A DNA stretch of 64,000 nt from Acidimicrobiales bacterium (GTDB lineage: Bacteria; Actinomycetota; Acidimicrobiia; Acidimicrobiales; SZUA-35). The notes below the pieces were generated by a model. The model saw only the letters and a list, made by a program, of their open reading frames with translations, was not told where the DNA came from and did not search any database. Where the stretch lies: assembly GCA_020630065.1 (NCBI GenBank), contig JAHDCC010000001.1, forward strand, positions 38,706 to 102,705. The letters run 5' to 3'. A program made the position numbers and the translations under genes. Shown here one piece after another: positions 60,068-64,000 of the stretch. Numbering within the stretch: position 1 is the stretch's first letter; each line of letters starts with the position of its first letter.

Positions 60068-60381
60068 TTTGTTCTCCAATCTTGGGTTTGGAGAGCCGAA
60101 AGTAGGTTATTTTTGACGGCTCGTGGTTCATGCAGGACATGGGACCCGCTGTGGCGCTTTCGCGGCGTTGAGAGACACAGCCTCGCGAGTCGGAAAATGT
60201 TGGTAGGACGACTTTTCGGATTTAGACAGTGGAACTCGCTGCATGGATCAGTTTGCAAGTTCCTTGTGTTTGTTTTCACAATGTTAGTAAAGTTTCAAAT
60301 GTATTACAAGAGTGTGGGGCTGAGTTTTGATGTATGTGGGTGTCGTTGGACGTAGCTTCTACCATTTGGTAAGGTCTTGTA

Positions 60382-61272
60382 ATGGAAGATCCGTTGGTTG
60401 AGCTGGGCCGCCAACTCGAAGCGGCCCGGAAGAGTAAAGGCTGGTCAGCCCGGATGGCAGCTGAACGCGCCCGGATAAGCCCGGTTTATCTCCGCACACT
60501 CGAAAACGGCAAGAACCCTAATACCGGGAAGCCATCTCAACCCACACCAGAAATCTTGGTTCGAGTTGCTACGGCCCTCAATCTGGACCCAGAAAGTCTT
60601 CTTACCCTTGCTGGTCATGATGCTAAAGGCGTGCTCAACGATGAATCGCTGCCTGCTGTTAATGATGTACGGGCGGCGCTTGATCGAATGTCCTCAATGG
60701 CTAACAGAGTCGGCGATCTTCATCCGTTTATACGTGATCGAGCGGTGTCGGAGGTCGAACGATTTGCCGCCGACTTTCGACGACTCGCTAATGGCAGTTT
60801 CAGATGTCTACCTGAAGAAGAACCGCAATTAACACGTACAGCCCTCAAAGGTTCAACTAAGAGCATCAAGGCGGTCAGTTTCGGCGATGAGGAATGGTGG
60901 TTAGGCGATCGAGGCTCTATCTATCTTGATTACCATGATCGCTTACCTGCGACGGTAAAAGTGCAGCGGATCTTTCTAGTTCAGGAAGAGTGGTGGGAAC
61001 GGCTGAAACCGGTTTTTCGTCGGCATGAGGACGCTGGAGTCGAATGGAGAGTGTTGGCTCCACGTGAGGTAGCCCCGCAGTATCAGAAGGACTTCGTGGT
61101 CTACGACGATCGACTGCTTCGCTCAGTTCCTCTAGGGCCAGTTTCTTCTGCAGAGTTCAAGCCGGCTATTTTTACTCAGGATCGGCTTGAAATCGAGCAA
61201 GCGGTCGAAGAATTCGAGTATCTACAAACCGTTGTTGACTCGTACTACATCGATCGGGACAGATTGTTGTGA
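60382..61272 (+). CDS. XRE-family HTH regulator with C-terminal DUF6879-like domain
   Basis: ARKSKGWS...ISPVYLRTLENG HTH; C-terminal VQRIFLV..AGVEWRV..DFVVYDD. Confidence 0.8.
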   Translation: MEDPLVELGRQLEAARKSKGWSARMAAERARISPVYLRTLENGKNPNTGKPSQPTPEILVRVATALNLDPESLLTLAGHDAKGVLNDESLPAVNDVRAALDRMSSMANRVGDLHPFIRDRAVSEVERFAADFRRLANGSFRCLPEEEPQLTRTALKGSTKSIKAVSFGDEEWWLGDRGSIYLDYHDRLPATVKVQRIFLVQEEWWERLKPVFRRHEDAGVEWRVLAPREVAPQYQKDFVVYDDRLLRSVPLGPVSSAEFKPAIFTQDRLEIEQAVEEFEYLQTVVDSYYIDRDRLL

Positions 61273-61299
61273 ACTAGCTAGGACTAGGCCCATGCTAGG

Positions 61300-61320
61300 C
61301 TCGACGCCTAAGTCGTCGAG
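61300..61320. terminator. hairpin between convergent genes
   Basis: CTCGACG-N7-CGTCGAG. Confidence 0.4.
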
Positions 61321-61374
61321 GGTTATATTCCGTTGCAATCGATGTGAGGCTGTGTCGGGCTGCCACAGAAAGAT

Positions 61375-62433
61375 TCAAGCTTTCTTTCTCCCTGAAGCAA
61401 GTCCAAGAGCCAGAAGAATCAGCAGAACGACAGAGCTGATCAGAAAAGGGAACAAAAGTCCGGGGTTCAGTAGAACTGCTACACCGCTGTCGACTATCGC
61501 CGAATTATCGCTGTACTGAAGAAAGCCAAAGAAGACTGAGCCGAACACGGTAAAACAGGTGAGTATAAACAGAACTTTTGCAACATAGGCATTACTTCGT
61601 TCTCGTTTCCTGGCCAAAAGAAAACTGATGTGATTCGCCTCCTCATTTACTACGTCACGATGCCATTGATGGCGAACTCTCAGTCTGTAGACATCTATGA
61701 GGTACTCGCATAAGTTCCGAACGTCGCCTATGTAGGACTGGCTTCTACCTAAGAAAAGTCGATGCAATTTATGGAGTCGTACCTTTTCGCTAGACACTCG
61801 GCTGAACGAATCGCTAGTGACATCGTCACTATTCGCATCGATATGGCGGCTGACCTGGTTCTGTTCAATCGCAATTAAATAGAGCCCGCAGGTCTCGTAG
61901 AACGACTTTAGACAGGAAATCAAGATGGGGTCACAGGAGTGCTCATCCACACTCTTCATCTCAGGGGTAATAGTTTGTGCGTTGCCAAGAACCTCTTCGA
62001 GAAAGGGAAGGCTTACGATGCTCGCAAAACGGCTGACGTCAAAGTCATAATCTGTTTGGGTGCATTCGGCAATTTTTTCGAATAGTCGATTCTCGGTATC
62101 TTGGATATCTAATTTTTCATCGATTGCGATTCTGTACACGAAGTGGTGTGAATAGATCTGCTCAAAGTCCGTGTCAAATAGACGGACAGCGAGAATGGTG
62201 AGGTCAGTCACATGAAGCTTGATGGGTCCCAAATCAAACTCATACTCCAGATCACTGTGATGGATAGATGGGTGGAAATTCTTTTCGAAACTCTCCCGAA
62301 ACGAATTCGTCATTTTCTGGAGCGGCGCTGTCTGGTTGGGGGCGAGCTCACCATCCAATACATCAAGCTCGCTGCCGAAATCGGCAACAAAAGTGAGATA
62401 GAGAAATTTGGCCGTTTTATCAGAAGGGTTCAT
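61375..62433 (-). CDS. hypothetical CorA-like membrane protein (soluble domain, long helices, two C-terminal TM)
   Basis: About 350 aa, AT-rich; ATG 62433 or TTG 62460; two terminal hydrophobic helices and a basic tail; no GMN motif. Confidence 0.65.
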   Translation of the reverse strand: MNPSDKTAKFLYLTFVADFGSELDVLDGELAPNQTAPLQKMTNSFRESFEKNFHPSIHHSDLEYEFDLGPIKLHVTDLTILAVRLFDTDFEQIYSHHFVYRIAIDEKLDIQDTENRLFEKIAECTQTDYDFDVSRFASIVSLPFLEEVLGNAQTITPEMKSVDEHSCDPILISCLKSFYETCGLYLIAIEQNQVSRHIDANSDDVTSDSFSRVSSEKVRLHKLHRLFLGRSQSYIGDVRNLCEYLIDVYRLRVRHQWHRDVVNEEANHISFLLARKRERSNAYVAKVLFILTCFTVFGSVFFGFLQYSDNSAIVDSGVAVLLNPGLLFPFLISSVVLLILLALGLASGRKKA

Positions 62434-62652
62434 GATCCAAGTTCGCCTAGTCTTCGGCAATCGATCGACGGCGCCTCGTCGGGCGCAAGAAAGCAGTGAA
62501 AGCTGGCTTGGTTCACTGGCTCATCTTCGACAGTTTAGGCGACTACTTCGATGATTCCGAACATGACGACGTTCTCCAGATTGTTGAGAGACGTCGACAG
62601 TCTGTCCAGTCACAAGCAATCAACTCGGGGTCCAAAGCTATGGTGTTGGGTG

Positions 62653-63684
62653 ATGAGCAGTGACCCAAGCCGACTTGACTATTTCGACTATGACCTACCG
62701 GACTCCTACATAGCCCAAACGCCGATTGAACCCCGAGACGCAGCTCGAATGCTGGTCGATCTCGCCGGTACTGATGCGGACCCAACTGATTCAACGGTGG
62801 GTACTTTGGCCAAACACTTGCAACCCGGTGACATCGTGGTAGTGAACAACACCCGTGTTCTAGCGGCCCGGTTACTACTGAAAAAAGAAACCGGTGGTAA
62901 CGCCGAAGTCTTTCTTCTGGAACCAACCGGAGTGGCGAATCAGTGGACGGCTATGGTCCGTCCGGGAAAACGAATCCAGCCGGGCACGACACTCCTGTTT
63001 GAACAAACTCCTATGGTTCAAGTAGGTGAACGGCGTGACGACGGACTGCGAACGGTCACACTTCTTGATGATACCGCTATTGAGAAAGCAGGTAATGTCC
63101 CGCTTCCTCCATATATTACCGAAACGCTCGACGATGAAGACCGATATCAAACAATGTTCGCGGAGCGGCTTGGTTCTGTCGCGGCCCCAACTGCGGGACT
63201 CCATTTCACACCTGAAGTCTGTCAGTCTCTGAAGGACCGAGGGATAGAGTTGGTTTCGGTTGAGCTGCGTGTCGGGCTAGCCACCTTTCGACCCATTAGT
63301 GCAGACGTAATCGTTGACCACGAAATGCATACCGAGACGTATCATATTGAACCGCAAACCTGGGATAGGGTGCAGCAAACTAAGCGCGATGGCGGGCGGG
63401 TAGTCGCCGTCGGTACCACAGTGGTTCGGGCGCTGGAATCGGCGTCCCAATCAGGCGAACTGACCGCCGAAACTTCTCTTTTCATCAACCGCTCGTTTCA
63501 TTGGAAAACCGTTGATGTGTTGCTAACTAATTTTCATATGCCGAAGTCGTCTTTGCTGGTGCTTCTAGATTCGTTCGTTCCAGGGCGGTGGAAAGAACTC
63601 TACGAATATGCCAAGAATGCTGGGTATCGATTCTTGTCGTTCGGTGACTGTATGTTGGTCGAGCGTCGAAGCGGGCGGGAATAG
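62653..63684 (+). CDS. queA: S-adenosylmethionine:tRNA ribosyltransferase-isomerase
   Basis: FDYDLP..IAQ.P, NNTRV, PLPPYI, YQT, AAPTAGLHF, VGTT, TNFH and YRFLSFGD motifs. Confidence 0.96.
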   Translation: MSSDPSRLDYFDYDLPDSYIAQTPIEPRDAARMLVDLAGTDADPTDSTVGTLAKHLQPGDIVVVNNTRVLAARLLLKKETGGNAEVFLLEPTGVANQWTAMVRPGKRIQPGTTLLFEQTPMVQVGERRDDGLRTVTLLDDTAIEKAGNVPLPPYITETLDDEDRYQTMFAERLGSVAAPTAGLHFTPEVCQSLKDRGIELVSVELRVGLATFRPISADVIVDHEMHTETYHIEPQTWDRVQQTKRDGGRVVAVGTTVVRALESASQSGELTAETSLFINRSFHWKTVDVLLTNFHMPKSSLLVLLDSFVPGRWKELYEYAKNAGYRFLSFGDCMLVERRSGRE

Positions 63685-63698
63685 GTGGATAGGACAAA

Positions 63699-64000
63699 AT
63701 GGGATCATCAAAGCTGAACGTCGAAATCGATGCCGTTGACGGCAAGGCGCGGGCGACGACAATTACGACACAGCGAGGCACGATCCAGACGCCTGTGTTT
63801 ATGCCGGTGGGAACCAGGGGAGCGGTTAAAACCCTTGACACCGCTGATATGGAGAACCTCGACACACAAATTTTGCTCGCCAATACGTATCACATGATGG
63901 AGCGACCAGGTTCTGAGCTAGTGCAGAAACTTGGTGGGCTTCACGGGTTTATGGACTGGCAAGGCCACACTTTGACCGACTCTGGTGGCTACCAGATTTT
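63699..64000 (+). CDS. tgt: tRNA-guanine transglycosylase (5' part, truncated by the window end)
   Basis: Manual translation from ATG 63699 gives ...[14 protein letters not shown]...LANTYH...GGLHGFMDW...LTDSGGYQI. Confidence 0.95.
   Translation, partial: MGSSKLNVEIDAVDGKARATTITTQRGTIQTPVFMPVGTRGAVKTLDTADMENLDTQILLANTYHMMERPGSELVQKLGGLHGFMDWQGHTLTDSGGYQI

Noticed and set aside
58700-62600. Prophage or ICE
   Set aside because: No integrase, terminal repeats, transfer genes or structural genes were seen.
1-64000. CRISPR array, rRNA, tRNA and IS elements
   Set aside because: No regularly spaced repeats, RNA-gene signatures or transposase motifs were seen by eye; tRNAscan-SE and Infernal would be the definitive check.

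Overview
A 64 kb chromosomal segment of about 55% GC (estimated by eye), most consistent with an actinobacterium of class Acidimicrobiia. That assignment is inferred from mshC, the pgsA/patA/pimA phosphatidylinositol-mannoside genes, a single-Cys LpdA, pdxST and ruvB-queA-tgt synteny. The backbone is housekeeping: moeB, fcl/wzm/wzt, mnmA, acc/birA, fabI, mshC, thrS, PIM genes, pdxST, yebC, ruvCAB, queA and tgt. Standout observations are: (1) a translationally coupled herA-sbcD(mre11)-sbcC(rad50)-nurA operon in archaeal gene order directly behind ruvCAB, with a LexA-box-like site at the ruvC start; (2) a GntR / Liv-type ABC / DUF1445 (D-glutamate-cyclase-like) / two-subunit oxoprolinase island whose promoters share a CACTGTATACA operator; (3) divergent acc and birA genes whose start codons overlap on one CATG; (4) an apparent inversion of the pimA-pdxST block; (5) an accessory islet with an XRE-DUF6879-like regulator and an AT-rich CorA-like membrane protein between nurA and queA; (6) pervasive leaderless promoters. 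No rRNA, tRNA, CRISPR array, transposase or integrase was recognised. All family calls come from motif recognition, not database searches.
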